This document shows positions 1-11,499 of a DNA stretch of 56,983 nucleotides, in pieces. The stretch is from an uncultured Deinococcaceae bacterium (GTDB lineage Bacteria; Deinococcota; Deinococci; Deinococcales; Deinococcaceae). The position numbers and the translations under genes are program-made. Every line of letters begins with the position of its first letter. The stretch's first letter is position 1. The notes beneath the pieces were generated by a model. It ran no database searches, was not told the origin of the DNA, and saw nothing but the letters and a program-made list of their open reading frames with translations. The stretch lies in NCBI GenBank assembly GCA_964252075.1, contig CAXULY010000035.1, positions 1 to 56,983 of the forward strand, given 5' to 3'.

Positions 1-65
1 GTGGCTGGGGTGCGTCGTCTTGTCGGTGCAGCGTAATCAACCCGAGGATCAGTAGGATGGTGGGT

Positions 66-1274
66 ATGACCACCACCCCCACCTTCGACTGGTCGGCGGC
101 GTTCAGTGACCGCGCCCGGCGCATGACGGCCAGCGCGATTCGCGAGATCCTGAAGATCACCCAGCGCCCGGAGGTGATCTCCTTCGCGGGCGGCCTGCCC
201 GCCCCCGAGCTCTTCCCGCTGGACGACGTCCGCGCGGCCTTCACGCGCGTGATGGACACCTACGGTCCCGCCGCCGTGCAGTACTCCACCACCGAGGGGC
301 ACCTGCCGCTGCGCGCCTGGATCGCGAACCGCGCGGGCATCACGCCGGAGCACGTGCAGATCATGACGGGCAGCCAGCAGAGCCTGGACCTGATCGGCAA
401 GATGCTGATCAGCGAGGGGGACGTGGTGCTGGTGGAGAGCCCCACCTACCTGGGCGCCCTGCAGAGCTTCCAGCCGTACGGCCCCCGCTACGTGGAGGTG
501 CCCACCGACGAGCACGGCATTGACGTGGACGCGCTGGAGGGCATCCTGAAGCGCGAGCGCGCCAAGCTGCTGTACGCCGTGCCGAACTTCCAGAACCCCA
601 CGGGCCGCACCCTGAGCCTGGAGCGCCGCCGCCGCCTGATCGAGCTGACCGCGCGCTCCGGCGTGGTGGTGTTCGAGGACGACCCCTACGGCAAGCTGCG
701 CTTCACGGGCGAGGAACTGCCCAGCCTGTACGAACTCGCGCTGGAACAGGTGGGCGACCCGGACGAAAGCCACGTGGTGTACAGCTCCAGCTTCTCCAAG
801 ACCCTCATGCCGGGCCTGCGCGACGCGTGGGTGCAGGCGGCGCGCCCCATGATCGCCAAGCTGGTGCAGGCCAAGCAGGGCGCGGACCTGCACACCCCGA
901 CCCTCACGCAGATGATCATCGCGGAACTGGTGGACGAGGTGCAGCCCCGCCAGATCGAGGTGGTGAAGGCGGCGTACAAGGCGCGTGCGGACGACATGAT
1001 GGCGCGCATGGCGGAGTACTTCCCGGCGGGCGTGTCGTACACCGAGCCGGAGGGCGGCATGTTCCTGTGGGTGACGCTGCCCGAGGCGATTGACACGGTG
1101 CCGCTGCTGGAGCAGGCGGTGGCGCGCGGCGTGGCCTTCGTGCCGGGCGCGCCGTTCTTCGCGCTGGGCGGGGGGCGCAACACCATGCGCCTCAGCTACT
1201 CGTGCGCCAACGCCGAGCAGATCGACCGGGGCATCCGGGCGCTCGCGGACACCATCAAGAACGCCCTCGACTGA
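66..1274 (+). CDS. lysN: PLP-dependent class I/II aminotransferase, 2-aminoadipate transaminase-like
   Basis: Motifs ISFAGGLPAPELFP, NFQNPTG, EDDPYG and SFSK (PLP lysine). ATG at 66 follows a TAGGAT -10-like box; ATG at 57 is an alternative start. Confidence 0.8.
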   Translation: MTTTPTFDWSAAFSDRARRMTASAIREILKITQRPEVISFAGGLPAPELFPLDDVRAAFTRVMDTYGPAAVQYSTTEGHLPLRAWIANRAGITPEHVQIMTGSQQSLDLIGKMLISEGDVVLVESPTYLGALQSFQPYGPRYVEVPTDEHGIDVDALEGILKRERAKLLYAVPNFQNPTGRTLSLERRRRLIELTARSGVVVFEDDPYGKLRFTGEELPSLYELALEQVGDPDESHVVYSSSFSKTLMPGLRDAWVQAARPMIAKLVQAKQGADLHTPTLTQMIIAELVDEVQPRQIEVVKAAYKARADDMMARMAEYFPAGVSYTEPEGGMFLWVTLPEAIDTVPLLEQAVARGVAFVPGAPFFALGGGRNTMRLSYSCANAEQIDRGIRALADTIKNALD

Positions 1275-1325
1275 CCGCGACCGGAGGTGAGGGTGGGGAG
1301 AGTTCCCCACCCCCACCGGGCTCGG

Positions 1326-1763
1326 CTACCAGCCCCACTCGCTGTAGCGCTGCCCGCCGCGAATGGCGCGCAGGGTGTCCGCGACGTAGGGCGTGGTGTG
1401 GTCCGGCCAGCGGTTCCACACGCACCAGCGCAGCGCGGCGCAGGTGCCCGGCGCGACGTTGCGCGGCTCGCCCGGCCAGCGGCGCGTGCGGAAGAACAAC
1501 CCCAGCCGCTCCGGGTCGCCGCCGTGGCGGCGGTGCACCACGTGCACGAGTTCCAAGTCCACGGGGTGCAGGCTGAGGCCCACCTCCTCGTAGGCTCTGC
1601 GGCACAGCGCCTCGCGGGCGGTCTCGGCGCCCTCCAGGTGCCCCACGATCAGGTCAAGCTGACCGTCGGTGTCCCCGGTGTGCTGGCGTTCCAGCAGCAG
1701 GACGCGGCCCTCGCGCTCCAGGATCAGGTGTACGTCCGGGATGAAGTGAAGGCGCCGTTTCAC
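1326..1763 (-). CDS. NUDIX hydrolase
   Basis: Nudix box GHLEGAETAREALCRRAYEEVG. GTG start lies 6 nt after TACGCT. Confidence 0.8.
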   Translation of the reverse strand: MKRRLHFIPDVHLILEREGRVLLLERQHTGDTDGQLDLIVGHLEGAETAREALCRRAYEEVGLSLHPVDLELVHVVHRRHGGDPERLGLFFRTRRWPGEPRNVAPGTCAALRWCVWNRWPDHTTPYVADTLRAIRGGQRYSEWGW

Positions 1764-1825
1764 GCCAGCAGCGTAACCCACGCGACGCGCGCCGCGCCAC
1801 CCTCAGCCCGGTGTGCGCCAGCAGG

Positions 1826-2467
1826 TCAGCCCTTCGCGGGCGCGCGCTTCAGCGCGCGGCGCAGCAGCAGCAGGGCCACCACGTCCAGCGCGCCCGTGCC
1901 GCCGTACACCAGCACCTCCCACCCGTCCGGGCGACTCAGGCCATCAATGAGGGGTGGGTACAGGTTCGTGACGGTCCCGGCGGCCCCCAGGATGGCCGCC
2001 CACTCCAGCCAGCGCCGCAGGCCCAGGCGCGCCACATCCGACGCGGGCTCCAGCAGCAGCCGCACGCTGAAACTGAACACCGCGAGGCTCGCCACGATGC
2101 TGCCACCCCACGCGATGAACAGCACCAGCACGGACAGCACGCCCACGCCCTCCACGCCGCCCATCACGCCGAAGAAGGTCAGCACGAAAATCAGGCCGCG
2201 CCACGCCGTGAGGAGCGGGAACACCGCGCGGTACGCGGTGAGCCAGCCGTTCCAGCTGTCCGCCGCCTCGCCGCGCAGCAGCAGGCCCGAGAGCAGCCAC
2301 GTCCAGACGACCTGCAGGACCGCGCCCGCCGCCGCATCCCCGGCGTTCAGCCACGCGCCCTGCCCCGGCGTGTGCAGCAGTACGAACGCCGCGAGGCCCA
2401 GCGCGCCCAGCGCGTCCAGCAGCAGGGCCGCGAGCGCCCAGCGCGCCCAGTCCGGCTGGCGCCTCAC
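1826..2467 (-). CDS. Hypothetical multi-pass membrane protein
   Basis: About 6 hydrophobic segments; GTGA overlap with the gatB stop. Confidence 0.7.
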   Translation of the reverse strand: MRRQPDWARWALAALLLDALGALGLAAFVLLHTPGQGAWLNAGDAAAGAVLQVVWTWLLSGLLLRGEAADSWNGWLTAYRAVFPLLTAWRGLIFVLTFFGVMGGVEGVGVLSVLVLFIAWGGSIVASLAVFSFSVRLLLEPASDVARLGLRRWLEWAAILGAAGTVTNLYPPLIDGLSRPDGWEVLVYGGTGALDVVALLLLRRALKRAPAKG

Positions 2468-3876
2468 GACACGCCGAGCGCGCGGTTCAGCAGTTCCCGC
2501 ACCGTTTCCGGGCTGGCCTTGCCGCCCAGCGCCCGCATGACCGGCCCGAACAGCGCGTTCACGGCCTTCGCATTCCCGGCGCGCACCTGCTCCACCGCCT
2601 TCGGGTTCGCCTGCAGCGCCGCCTCAATGGCCGCCTCGATGGCGCCCGTGTCCGTCACGACCGCGAGGTTCCGCTCGCGCACCAGCGCCTCCGGGTCGGC
2701 GCCCTCCATCACTTCCGGCAGCAGGTCCTTGCCCATCTTCCCGGAGAGGGTGCCCGCGTCAATGAGGCGCACGAGCGCCGCGAGGTGCGCGGGCGTGAGC
2801 GGACTCGCACCCAGCTCCAGCTCGCGCGCCGCGAGCCAGCCCGCCACGTCGCCCAGCAGCCAGTTCGCGAGTTTCTGCGCGTCCACGCCCCCCTGCATGG
2901 CGGCGTCCAGGAAGCGGCTGAGGTCCACGCTGAGGCTCAGCGTCTCCGCGTCCGCCTCGCGCACGCCCGCCGTCACGTACCGCGCGCGCTTCGCGTCGGG
3001 CAGTTCCGGCATGACCGCGCGCACGCGCTGCGCCCACTCGCTTGTGACCTCCAGCGGCGGCAGGTCCGGCTCCGGGAAGTACCGGTAGTCCGCCTCGCCC
3101 TCCTTGGTGCGCATCACGAAGGTCTTCTGCCCGCCGTCATCCCAGCCCATGGTGTCCTGCGTGACGCGCCCACCCGCCGAGAGCACGCGCGTCTGCCTCG
3201 CGATCTCGTACTCCAGGGCGCGCGCCACCGCCCGGAAGGAATTCAAGTTCTTCACCTCCACCTTGGTGCCCAGGGGCGCGCCGGGCTCGTGCAGGGACAC
3301 GTTCACATCGCAGCGCATCTTGCCTTCCTCGGGGTTCGCGTCGCTCACGCCGAGCGCCTGCGCGACCGCGCGGATGTGCGCCAAGAACGCGCGCGCCTGC
3401 TCCGGCGTGGTGATGTCCGGCTCCGTCACCATCTCGATGAGCGGCATGCCCGCGCGGTTCAGGTCCAGCAGGCTGTACGGCGCGTAGGTGGGGTGCAGGA
3501 GCTTCCCCGCGTCGTCCTCCAGGTGCGCGCGCTTGATGCGGATGCGCTCGCCGTTCAGGTCCACGAAGCCGTCGCGCGCGATGGGGCGGTCGTACTGGCT
3601 GATCTGGTAGTTCTTGGGTGCGTCGGGGTAGAAGTAATTCTTGCGGTGGAACTGCGTGAAGCCCGTGACCTCGCAGTTCAGCGCGAGCCCGAACATGATG
3701 GCGAGCTCCACCGCCTGCCGGTTGATGGTGGGCAGCGTGCCCGGCAGGCCCAGCGTGAGGGGATCGGTGAAGGTGTTGGGCTGCGCGCCGAAGTAATCCG
3801 CGCGGCAGGCGCTGAACATCTTGCTGCGCGTGTTCAGGTGCAGGTGCACCTCAAGACCGATGACCGCCTGAAGCAT
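2464..3876 (-). CDS. gatB: Asp/Glu-tRNA amidotransferase subunit B
   Basis: Motifs [50 protein letters not shown]. Leaderless TATACT-N6-ATG start. Confidence 0.97.
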   Translation of the reverse strand: MLQAVIGLEVHLHLNTRSKMFSACRADYFGAQPNTFTDPLTLGLPGTLPTINRQAVELAIMFGLALNCEVTGFTQFHRKNYFYPDAPKNYQISQYDRPIARDGFVDLNGERIRIKRAHLEDDAGKLLHPTYAPYSLLDLNRAGMPLIEMVTEPDITTPEQARAFLAHIRAVAQALGVSDANPEEGKMRCDVNVSLHEPGAPLGTKVEVKNLNSFRAVARALEYEIARQTRVLSAGGRVTQDTMGWDDGGQKTFVMRTKEGEADYRYFPEPDLPPLEVTSEWAQRVRAVMPELPDAKRARYVTAGVREADAETLSLSVDLSRFLDAAMQGGVDAQKLANWLLGDVAGWLAARELELGASPLTPAHLAALVRLIDAGTLSGKMGKDLLPEVMEGADPEALVRERNLAVVTDTGAIEAAIEAALQANPKAVEQVRAGNAKAVNALFGPVMRALGGKASPETVRELLNRALGVS

Positions 3877-4165
3877 GAGGGGAGTATAGCGGCGGGGCGG
3901 ACGGACGCTTTCCGCCAGACCCAGGGGCGTTCGGGCTGGAACGGTCCATCGGCCGGTGCTGGAGGCCTGCGGACCACCAACTGGCACGTGCTCGCCCGCC
4001 GCTGGGCGCAATGCGCTGCGGGACTTGGCCCTTGGGTTGGGCGGCCTGCGGGTTGTGGGGGCCGTCGGCGGATTGGTTCATGCGGCGCGCTTGGGCTGTG
4101 CCCATACGGTCATCCCCAAGTTCATCGCAAGGCACCTTCTCCCCCATCCGTGCCACCCTTTTTCC

Positions 4166-4729
4166 ATGCAGCCCATCATCTTCCTCGACACGGAGACGGG
4201 CGGGAACGACCCGGCGCGCCACCCGCTGCTGACGGTGGGCCTCGTGACGCTCACGGACGAGGGCGTCACGAGGCTCCTGCACCTGCGCGTGAAGCACGCG
4301 GAGTACACCGTGCAGGCCGCCGCGATGGCCGTGAACGGCATTGACCTGGTGCAGCACGACGCGCAGGCGCAACCGCCCGACGAGGTCGCGGAGGCGATCC
4401 GCGCGTACGCGCGCGAGGTGGGGCGGGTGCTGCTGGGCGGGCACAACTTCGGTTTCGACCTGGGGTTCCTGCGCCCGCTGCTGCCGGACCGCACGACGGT
4501 CTTTCGGCGCGGGCACGTGGACACCAAGCTGGTCGCGCAGTTCCTGATCCACGCGGAGCGGCTGCCGAAGAAGGCTGGCACGACCCTGCACGGCCTCACG
4601 AAGCACTTCGGGATCGAGTCGGTGGAGCACGATGCGCTGGAGGACGCGACCGCCACCGCGCGGGTGTACGCGGCGATGCTGCGCCTCCTGGAGCCTGGCG
4701 GGGACGCGAGCGCCCCCCCGGGCACCTGA
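4166..4729 (+). CDS. DEDDh 3'-5' exonuclease (DnaQ-like)
   Basis: Motifs [22 protein letters not shown]. Confidence 0.88.
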   Translation: MQPIIFLDTETGGNDPARHPLLTVGLVTLTDEGVTRLLHLRVKHAEYTVQAAAMAVNGIDLVQHDAQAQPPDEVAEAIRAYAREVGRVLLGGHNFGFDLGFLRPLLPDRTTVFRRGHVDTKLVAQFLIHAERLPKKAGTTLHGLTKHFGIESVEHDALEDATATARVYAAMLRLLEPGGDASAPPGT

Positions 4730-4732
4730 GGG

Positions 4733-6184
4733 TCACTCTTCCTGGCGGTGGTGGCTATCCGGCGCGCTTTTAAGATCGGCGGGTCGGCCCTGCGGGTAGT
4801 GCGTGTGCGTGAGGTCCACCCGCACGCCGCGCGGCGTGATGTCCGCCGTGCGGCCCGCTGCGGCGAGGACCGGCAGGAAGTCCTGCATCACCGCGGCGTC
4901 GCCGTGCGTGAGCCACACGTGCGCCCGCCCGGTGCCCGCGAGCCACGCGAGCAGGTCGTCCTGGTCGGCGTGCGCGGAGAAGCCGCCGATGGTGTGCACC
5001 TGCGCCGCGACGCGCACCTCCTCGCCCATGATGTGCACGCTCTCCGCGCCCGCGATGATGCGCCCGCCGAGGCTGCTGGGGCTCTGGTAACTCACCATGA
5101 CGAGGCTGGTGCTGGGCTTCCACAGGTGGTGCTTGAGGTGGTGCAGGATGCGCCCGCCGCTCATCATGCCGTTCCCCGCGATGATGATGGCGCTGCCCTC
5201 GTAGCGGTTCAGGCGCTGCGATTCGGTGCTGGTGGCGACCACGTGCAGGGTGCTGGGCCAGAAGGGGTCCTCGCCGTGCGCGAGCGCGTCGCGCACCTCG
5301 TGGCGCAGTTCGGCGCCGTGGTCGAAGTAGGCGTAGGTGGCCTGCGCCGCCATGGGGGAGTCCAGGAAGACCGGGATGCGCGGCACCTCGCGCGCGTCCA
5401 TGAGGCGCTTCAGCTCGTACAGGATGGTCTGCGTGCGTTCCAGCGCGAAGCTGGGAATCAGGATCTTGCCGCCACGGTCGGCGCTCTCGCGAATCACGCG
5501 CGTGAATTCCGCGAGCGTCCGGTCGAGGGAGCGGTGCGTGCGTCCCGCGTAGGTCGTCTCGATGAGCAGGGCGTCCGTCTCACTGGGCGGCTCGAAGTCC
5601 TGCTGCAGGCCGCTCTCGCGGTTCCCGAGGTCACCGGAACAGGTGACGCGGCCCTCGGGGCTCTGGAATTCCAGGTACACGCTGCCGAGGATGTGTCCCG
5701 CGCGGCGGGGTGTGACCGTGACGTTCCCGAGCTGGAGGGGCTCCCCGACGTGCAGTTCGGGGCGCAGCAGGGCGAGGGCGTTCATGGCGTCGCGCTCGTC
5801 GTACAGCGGGCCGGGCAGTTCGTCCTCGCGTCCTGCGCGGCGGGCCTTGCGCAGCGCCTGCTTGTGGTCCTCCAGTTGCAGGCGGGCGCTGTCCATCAGG
5901 ACCAGTTCCGCGAGTTCGGCGGTGGGCGCGGTGCAGTAGATGGGGCCGCGGTACCCGCGCTGCGTGAGGAGCGGGAGGCGACCCACGTGGTCGAGGTGCG
6001 CGTGCGTGAGAATCACCGCGCTGAGGCCGCGCGCGTCGAAGGGGAAGGGCGCGCGGTTCAGGTTCTCGACCTCGTGTTCGCCCTGGAAGAGCCCGCAGTC
6101 CACCAGCAGGTGCTGTCCGCCGAGTTCGAGCAGGTGGCAGCTGCCGGTGACGGTCTCGGCCGCCCCGAAACTGGTGAGGTGCAT
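4733..6184 (-). CDS. MBL-fold beta-CASP ribonuclease
   Basis: Motifs [36 protein letters not shown]. Confidence 0.92.
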   Translation of the reverse strand: MHLTSFGAAETVTGSCHLLELGGQHLLVDCGLFQGEHEVENLNRAPFPFDARGLSAVILTHAHLDHVGRLPLLTQRGYRGPIYCTAPTAELAELVLMDSARLQLEDHKQALRKARRAGREDELPGPLYDERDAMNALALLRPELHVGEPLQLGNVTVTPRRAGHILGSVYLEFQSPEGRVTCSGDLGNRESGLQQDFEPPSETDALLIETTYAGRTHRSLDRTLAEFTRVIRESADRGGKILIPSFALERTQTILYELKRLMDAREVPRIPVFLDSPMAAQATYAYFDHGAELRHEVRDALAHGEDPFWPSTLHVVATSTESQRLNRYEGSAIIIAGNGMMSGGRILHHLKHHLWKPSTSLVMVSYQSPSSLGGRIIAGAESVHIMGEEVRVAAQVHTIGGFSAHADQDDLLAWLAGTGRAHVWLTHGDAAVMQDFLPVLAAAGRTADITPRGVRVDLTHTHYPQGRPADLKSAPDSHHRQEE

Positions 6185-6289
6185 GCCGCAGTGTACGCGG
6201 ACCGGTGTGCCCCCAGGACGCTCGGGGGTTGTCTAAAGACTTCTTCACGGACGTGACCTCCCCTGATGGAGCGGCGTTACGCTGGCTTC

Positions 6290-6724
6290 ATGTTCGACAA
6301 GATCCTGGTGGGTGTGGATTTCTCCGACAGCTCGGCGCGCGCGCTGGACGTGGCCCGCAGCCACTTCCCGAACGCCGCCCTGCTTCTGCTGCACGTGGTG
6401 GACGCGCGCGCGATGAGCATCCCGGACCTCTCGTCCGGTTCCCTGAACCCTGTGGCGCCGTCCGCTCAGCTGGTGGAGACCATGGAGCGCGCGGACACCA
6501 CCGCGCTCGACAACGTGGCGCGCGCGGGTGAGGAGCGCGAGATGATCGTGGGCGACCCGGCGCTCGGTATCATCGACACGGCGGCGCGCTGGGGTGCGGA
6601 CCTGATCGTGGTGGGCACGCACCGCCAGGGCGGGCTGGAGCACTTCCTGGTGGGGTCGGTGGCGGAGCAGGTGGTGCGGCGCTCGGCGGTGCCGGTGCTG
6701 ACGGTGCGCCTCGAGCAGCGGTGA
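6290..6724 (+). CDS. Universal stress protein (UspA family)
   Basis: Motifs ILVGVDFS and DLIVVGTH...LVGSVAEQVVR. TACGCT-N6-ATG start. Confidence 0.92.
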   Translation: MFDKILVGVDFSDSSARALDVARSHFPNAALLLLHVVDARAMSIPDLSSGSLNPVAPSAQLVETMERADTTALDNVARAGEEREMIVGDPALGIIDTAARWGADLIVVGTHRQGGLEHFLVGSVAEQVVRRSAVPVLTVRLEQR

Positions 6725-6777
6725 GGACCGGGCGGCGGGGCGCGGGCAGCTTGACCCTGCCCGCGCCCCGCCGCTGT

Positions 6778-7269
6778 TCAGGCGGCGCCCAGACGCCCCA
6801 GCCAGATGCCCACGCCGAACACCACCGCGCCGCCCACCACGACCTGCCAGATGGTCTGGGCGAGCGGGCTGCGCATGAAGCGGTAGCGGATGTAGGAGAT
6901 GACCAAGAGCTCGATCACCACCACCACGTAGGCGAACATCAGGGCAGTGCGCAGGTCGGGGATCAGGAAGGGCAGGGTGTGCAGCATGCCGCCCAGGATG
7001 GTGGCGAGTCCGGTGATGGCGCCGCGCGTGACGGGCGCGCCACGACCGGACACCACGCCGTCGTCGCTGAGCGCCTCGGCGAGGCCCATGCTGATGCCCG
7101 CGCCGACGGACGCGGCGAGCCCCACGAAGAAGGCGTCGATGGGTTTGCCGGTCAATCCGGCGGTGGCGAACAGTGGCGCGAGGGTGCTGACCGAGCCGTC
7201 CATGAGGCCCAGCAGCGCCGGCTGGATTTTCTGCAGCACGAAGGTCTGGTCTGCGCGGCGCTCGGTCAT
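6778..7269 (-). CDS. VIT1/CCC1-family (MbfA C-terminal-like) metal transporter
   Basis: Motifs [17 protein letters not shown] and [14 protein letters not shown]; several TM helices. Confidence 0.8.
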   Translation of the reverse strand: MTERRADQTFVLQKIQPALLGLMDGSVSTLAPLFATAGLTGKPIDAFFVGLAASVGAGISMGLAEALSDDGVVSGRGAPVTRGAITGLATILGGMLHTLPFLIPDLRTALMFAYVVVVIELLVISYIRYRFMRSPLAQTIWQVVVGGAVVFGVGIWLGRLGAA

Positions 7270-7336
7270 GCCCTTATTAGGAATGTTTCCTGTTATGGAA
7301 ATTGGAAGCCAGGCACACTCTGAAGGCCGGACGCCC

Positions 7337-8062
7337 TCATTCCAGGCCGCGCGCCTTGCGCTTCTGGTACGCGCCCGTCAGCAACTCCAGGATGTACTCA
7401 CGCGCGAACGGCATGCCGCTCGCCTCCGCCACCCCGATCTCCGCCGCGCGGTCGTACTGCAACCGCACGAACTGCGCGCTGTACCCCGCCGCCCCGAACT
7501 CCAGCACCAAGTAACACGCCAGGGTGGAATCCAGCGGGTTGCCCACCGACCCGCAGTTGATGAGGGGCCGCCCCTCCACGTCCAGCATCAGCGCCTCGTG
7601 AATGTCCGCGTACACCAGCGCGTCCGCCTCCTCCGGCAGGCCCGCCGCTGGGTTCGGCGCGAAGGCGTCCAGCTGGTCCTGCAGGCTGGAGTGCGGGTAG
7701 AGGCGGTAAAACACGCCCTTGCTGGACGCGTGCACGAAGCGCCACACCTGCCCCCCCAGCGTCTCCTCCACCCCGAACGGCAGCGCGCCCAGGTACGCGA
7801 GCTGCGCGGCGCTCAGGCGCGAGCGCGGCCACAGGTCCTGCGGGCGGTTCGTGGCGCCCGCCACGCGCGCGTCCCAGTTGCCCTGAATCACGCGCGTGGC
7901 GTGCGCCTGCACCCACTCCACCACCTCGCGCGGGCGCGGCCCCTTGCCCACCAGATCGCCCAGCACCCAGATCTCCGAGATGCCCCGCCGCACGATGTCG
8001 GCGTGCACGGCCAGCGTGGCCTCCAGGTTGGCGTGCAGGTCGGCCATCACGGCAAGCTTCAT
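7337..8062 (-). CDS. Calcineurin-like metallophosphoesterase
   Basis: Motifs DLHAN, GDLVG, GNWD, NCGSVG. Confidence 0.88.
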   Translation of the reverse strand: MKLAVMADLHANLEATLAVHADIVRRGISEIWVLGDLVGKGPRPREVVEWVQAHATRVIQGNWDARVAGATNRPQDLWPRSRLSAAQLAYLGALPFGVEETLGGQVWRFVHASSKGVFYRLYPHSSLQDQLDAFAPNPAAGLPEEADALVYADIHEALMLDVEGRPLINCGSVGNPLDSTLACYLVLEFGAAGYSAQFVRLQYDRAAEIGVAEASGMPFAREYILELLTGAYQKRKARGLE

Positions 8063-8153
8063 GAGGTGCAGTCTAACGGGAAGGCCGCGCGCACTCGGCA
8101 AGCTTTCTGCCGATGCCAGGCGTCAGCCCAGCCGCCCTGTATGCTGGCCGGAC

Positions 8154-9179
8154 ATGAAAGCCCTCCTGCTCACCCTGGCCCTCGGCGGCGCGGCCGTCGC
8201 CCAGACCACCGTGCCCGCCCTGCCCCCCAGCGCCACCTCGACCGCCGCCACGTCCGGCACCAGCAGCCCCACCCAGCCCTTTACTCTGCGCTTCACCGCG
8301 CAGCCTGGCACCCTGCTGGAGTTCAGCAGCCGCACCCAGCAGCGCGTGCAGCCCCTGAGGGTGCAGCTGGCGCCCCTCCCGAACGTGCGCCTCACCGCCG
8401 AGAAGGAACGCGAGCGTCAGGCGCTCGAAGCGCGCTTCCAGCAGGACTTCGCGGGCGACCTGCCGCAGGTGCCCGCGCTGACCGGCAAGGTGTTCCATAA
8501 GGTGCTGCCTTCCCTGGCGGACGGCCGTCCGGTGCTGCTCACCACCACCGTCATGAGCCTCCCGAAAGGCCAGCCCATCACGACCCGCCTCCAGCAGACG
8601 CTGGGCCCGGACGGCAGCGTCCAGACGCAGCTCCTAGACTCCACCGACGCCACCGTGCAGAAACTGCAGGGCGCCCTGGGGGGCCTGCTGAATCAATTGG
8701 GCACCACCTTCGGCGGGGTGAACACCCAGCTGTTCGGGCAGGCGCTCACGCCCGGCCAGAGCGTCACCCAGACCGTGCAGGTGGACTTCGGGCAGCTGAT
8801 CGGCGGCGTGCTGAGCAGCGTGGGTGGTGCGGCTGGGGGCGGCGGGACGGGCAGCCTGAGCGCCACAACCGTCACGACCTACCGGGGTCGGGACGCGGCG
8901 GGCAACGCCCTGCTGGAGGACAGCGTGCGCTTTGACGACACCACCCTCAGCCTGAGCCTGCCCAGCCGCACCAAGGGCGCCGCCCCCGCAACCCTGCAGT
9001 TCACCCTGCGGGGCATGACGGCCACCGCGCGGAGCACCGTGCGGCCCGACGGCCTTTCGCTGGGCAGCAGCGCACACACGGAAGGCCAGATGGACCTCAC
9101 GCTGCCCATGCCGGACGAGCCCTACGAGTTGTCCCTGACCTTGCAGCTCGTGCAGGACACGCAGGTCACGCCCCAGTAA
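8154..9179 (+). CDS. Hypothetical secreted protein
   Basis: Signal peptide [17 protein letters not shown] followed by a Thr/Gln-rich body; GC3-rich codon use. Confidence 0.75.
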   Translation: MKALLLTLALGGAAVAQTTVPALPPSATSTAATSGTSSPTQPFTLRFTAQPGTLLEFSSRTQQRVQPLRVQLAPLPNVRLTAEKERERQALEARFQQDFAGDLPQVPALTGKVFHKVLPSLADGRPVLLTTTVMSLPKGQPITTRLQQTLGPDGSVQTQLLDSTDATVQKLQGALGGLLNQLGTTFGGVNTQLFGQALTPGQSVTQTVQVDFGQLIGGVLSSVGGAAGGGGTGSLSATTVTTYRGRDAAGNALLEDSVRFDDTTLSLSLPSRTKGAAPATLQFTLRGMTATARSTVRPDGLSLGSSAHTEGQMDLTLPMPDEPYELSLTLQLVQDTQVTPQ

Positions 9180-9181
9180 CA

Positions 9182-9217
9182 GCGGAGGCCCGGCAAGTCA
9201 CCTTGCCGGGCCTCCGT
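9182..9217. terminator. Hairpin between convergent genes (probable terminator)
   Basis: GCGGAGGCCCGGCAAG-tcac-CTTGCCGGGCCTCCGT inverted repeat. Confidence 0.65.
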
Positions 9218-9229
9218 GCGGCGCTCGCC

Positions 9230-9667
9230 TTACTTGGCGTGCACCACGAGCTTCATGGGGACGCTCACCTCGGGGTGGGCGCGGTACGTGAAGTCGTACT
9301 CGCCGATTTCCTTGATGGCCTTCGGCATGTCCAGGCGGCGGCGGTCCACCTCGAAGCCCTGGGCGGCGAGCGCCTGGGCCACGTCGGCGTGCGTCACGGC
9401 GCCGTAGATCTTGCCTTCGCCGGCCTTCACGGAGAGTTCCACGGTGTGGCCCTGCAGGCGCTCGGAGAGCGCCTCGGCGTCCGCCTTCTCCTTGGCGAAC
9501 TGCTTCTGGCGGGACTTCACGCGCGCCTCAAGGGTCTTGAGGTTCGCGGGGGTGGCGGGCAGCGCGATGCCCTCGGGGATCAGGTAGTTGCGGGCGTAGC
9601 CTGCCTTCACCTTCACCACGTCACCCGTCTGGCCCAGGCGGCCCGGTTCGAGCAGAATGATGTCCAC
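9230..9667 (-). CDS. rplI: 50S ribosomal protein L9
   Basis: Motif LGQTGDVVKVKAGYARNYLIP; operon position. Confidence 0.97.
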   Translation of the reverse strand: MDIILLEPGRLGQTGDVVKVKAGYARNYLIPEGIALPATPANLKTLEARVKSRQKQFAKEKADAEALSERLQGHTVELSVKAGEGKIYGAVTHADVAQALAAQGFEVDRRRLDMPKAIKEIGEYDFTYRAHPEVSVPMKLVVHAK

Positions 9668-9679
9668 GTCAGGCCTCCT

Positions 9680-9952
9680 TTACTTCCGGACCAGCTTCTC
9701 GGTGTAGGGCAGCAGGGCGAGCTGACGCGCGATCTTGATGGTCTGCGCGATGCGGCGCTGGTGCTTGGCCGAGAGGCCGGTGCGGCGGCGGGGAAGGATT
9801 TTGCCGGTGTCGCTCACGAAGCGACGCAGCATCTTCACGTCCTTGTAGTCGGTGATTTCCAGTTCGCCGATGGCGAAGGGGTCCACCTTGGGCTTGCGGG
9901 GGCGCTTGGGCCCCTTGCCCCTGGGCTTGCGTTCACGGTCGGGTGCAGTCAT
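9680..9952 (-). CDS. rpsR: 30S ribosomal protein S18
   Basis: Motif [25 protein letters not shown]. Confidence 0.97.
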   Translation of the reverse strand: MTAPDRERKPRGKGPKRPRKPKVDPFAIGELEITDYKDVKMLRRFVSDTGKILPRRRTGLSAKHQRRIAQTIKIARQLALLPYTEKLVRK

Positions 9953-9988
9953 GTGTTCCTTTGAACCTGCCTGCCCTCAAGCGAGGGC

Positions 9989-10867
9989 TTAAAACGGCAG
10001 GTCGTCTTCTTCAGGCGGGAAATCTTGGAGGCCCTGGTCAATATCCAAGCCCCCCGAACGGGACCCCTGTCTCGCGCCGACCGGCTGTGCCGGCTGGCTG
10101 CGCGCCGCGCTTGCCGTGGCCCCACGGCTGGCGGCGGGGGTGGCTGCGGACGTGCCTGCGCCCGCGCCTCGGGAAAGGGCTTCGACTCGCGTCGCTTCTA
10201 CTTTTGTGGAGTTGCGCTTGTTGCCGTCCTTGTCGGTCCAGCTCTCGTTGGTGAGGCGTCCCTGAATGAGCACGGGGTCGCCCTTGTGCAGGTCCTTGGC
10301 GGCCTCGGCGAGTTCACGCCAGAGCGTCGCGTCAATCCAGTGGGTCTTTTCCTGCTGGGCGCCGTTGCGGTCCTTCCAGCTCTCGTTCACCGCGAGGGAC
10401 AGGCCCAGCACGGCGTCGCCGCCCGGGGTGTAGCGCAGTTCGGGGTCGCGGGTCAGGTTGCCGATCAGCATCACGGTGTTCCAACCGCCCGTCATGCGCA
10501 CGCCGCCTCCGGCGTCCTGCACGGTCTCGGGGCTGGTCGTGAGGCTCTCGACGCGCAGTCCCTTGACGCGCACGATGCTTCGCTTGCCGCCTTCCGGCGC
10601 TTCCCACTGGTTGTACTCCAGGCTGCCTTCCACCATCACCGGTTCGCCGGCCTTCAGGCCGCGCTCCGCGATCCACTCGGCGGGTTTGCCGAGCATGGAG
10701 ATGCGGTGGTACCAGGGCAGGTGGCGTTCACGGCCATCATTGCCGGTCAGGTGGTCTTCTCCGGCCACGGTCGCTTCAAAAACAGGGACCCCGCTGGGGG
10801 TGTAACGAAGCTCCGGGTCACGGGCGAGCACGCCGACCAGGTACACGTGGTTCATTCCTCGGGCCAT
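9989..10867 (-). CDS. ssb: Single-stranded DNA-binding protein, Deinococcus-Thermus two-OB-fold type
   Basis: Two DPELRYTP OB folds and an acidic DDLPF tail. Confidence 0.97.
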   Translation of the reverse strand: MARGMNHVYLVGVLARDPELRYTPSGVPVFEATVAGEDHLTGNDGRERHLPWYHRISMLGKPAEWIAERGLKAGEPVMVEGSLEYNQWEAPEGGKRSIVRVKGLRVESLTTSPETVQDAGGGVRMTGGWNTVMLIGNLTRDPELRYTPGGDAVLGLSLAVNESWKDRNGAQQEKTHWIDATLWRELAEAAKDLHKGDPVLIQGRLTNESWTDKDGNKRNSTKVEATRVEALSRGAGAGTSAATPAASRGATASAARSQPAQPVGARQGSRSGGLDIDQGLQDFPPEEDDLPF

Positions 10868-10969
10868 GTTGGTGTCTCCTTGTGCGCTACAGGCTGAATT
10901 TTAGGCTTGGGTCCGTTAGAGGCGGGTTGGCCCTCGAAAGCGGTGTGATGGGCTTTCTCAGACAAGGTC

Positions 10970-10998
10970 ACTTTAGCGCATTCCGTTAGAAACGTAAA
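10970..10998 (-). promoter_or_regulatory. Internal ssb promoter overlapped by an RDRM (DdrO box, 10981-10997)
   Basis: Minus-strand TTTACG-N17-TAAAGT. The 17-bp quasi-palindrome TTACGTTTCTAACGGAA fits the RDRM pattern TT(A/C)YG-N7-CRKAA. Confidence 0.8.
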
Positions 10999-11010
10999 GA
11001 GGGAGGCCGG

Positions 11011-11319
11011 TTAGGCCTTCTTGGTTTTCCACTCGGGACGGTCGCGCACGATCAGCACGCGGCGCACGTTGTCGCGCAGGCGCAGGGTCGCGGCGATGCT
11101 GCGCTCGGGGTTCCCCTCACCGGTGATGGTGTAGTAGAGGTAGTAGCCCTCGCGGTCCTTCTGCACCGGGTACGCCATGCGGCGGCTGCCCACCTCGTCG
11201 AGGTTGGCGATCTGCGCGCCGGAGTTCTGCACGGTCGCCTCGATGAAGGTCTTCTCGGTGGCGAGCTGCTCCGCACTCAGGGTGGGGTTCAGGATCAGGT
11301 TCAGGTCGTAAGTTGCCAT
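11011..11319 (-). CDS. rpsF: 30S ribosomal protein S6
   Basis: Motifs YDLNLILNP, GSRRMAYPVQK; first gene of the operon. Confidence 0.97.
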   Translation of the reverse strand: MATYDLNLILNPTLSAEQLATEKTFIEATVQNSGAQIANLDEVGSRRMAYPVQKDREGYYLYYTITGEGNPERSIAATLRLRDNVRRVLIVRDRPEWKTKKA

Positions 11320-11442
11320 TGATGTTCACCTCGCTCTCCGCACCCGCCTCGCGCTTCGGGACCGCCGCGCTGTTTTCAGGCACGGCGGCCCCTCGCCAGG
11401 GGCGCAACTGGTGATTTTAGCAGGTTCGCGCCTGTGGGCCAA
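11320..11442 (-). promoter_or_regulatory. rpsF promoter and structured 5' leader (candidate S6:S18 autoregulatory RNA)
   Basis: TTGGCC-N17-TAAAAT promoter; leader hairpin GGCCGCCGUGC-cugaaaaca-GCGCGGCGGUC ahead of a GAGGUG RBS. Family assignment is by position only. Confidence 0.5.
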
Positions 11443-11499
11443 GCCCCGGACGTGGCATTTTTCGTGCCGGGCGGATGAGCCCCCTGTTAGACTTGGTTC

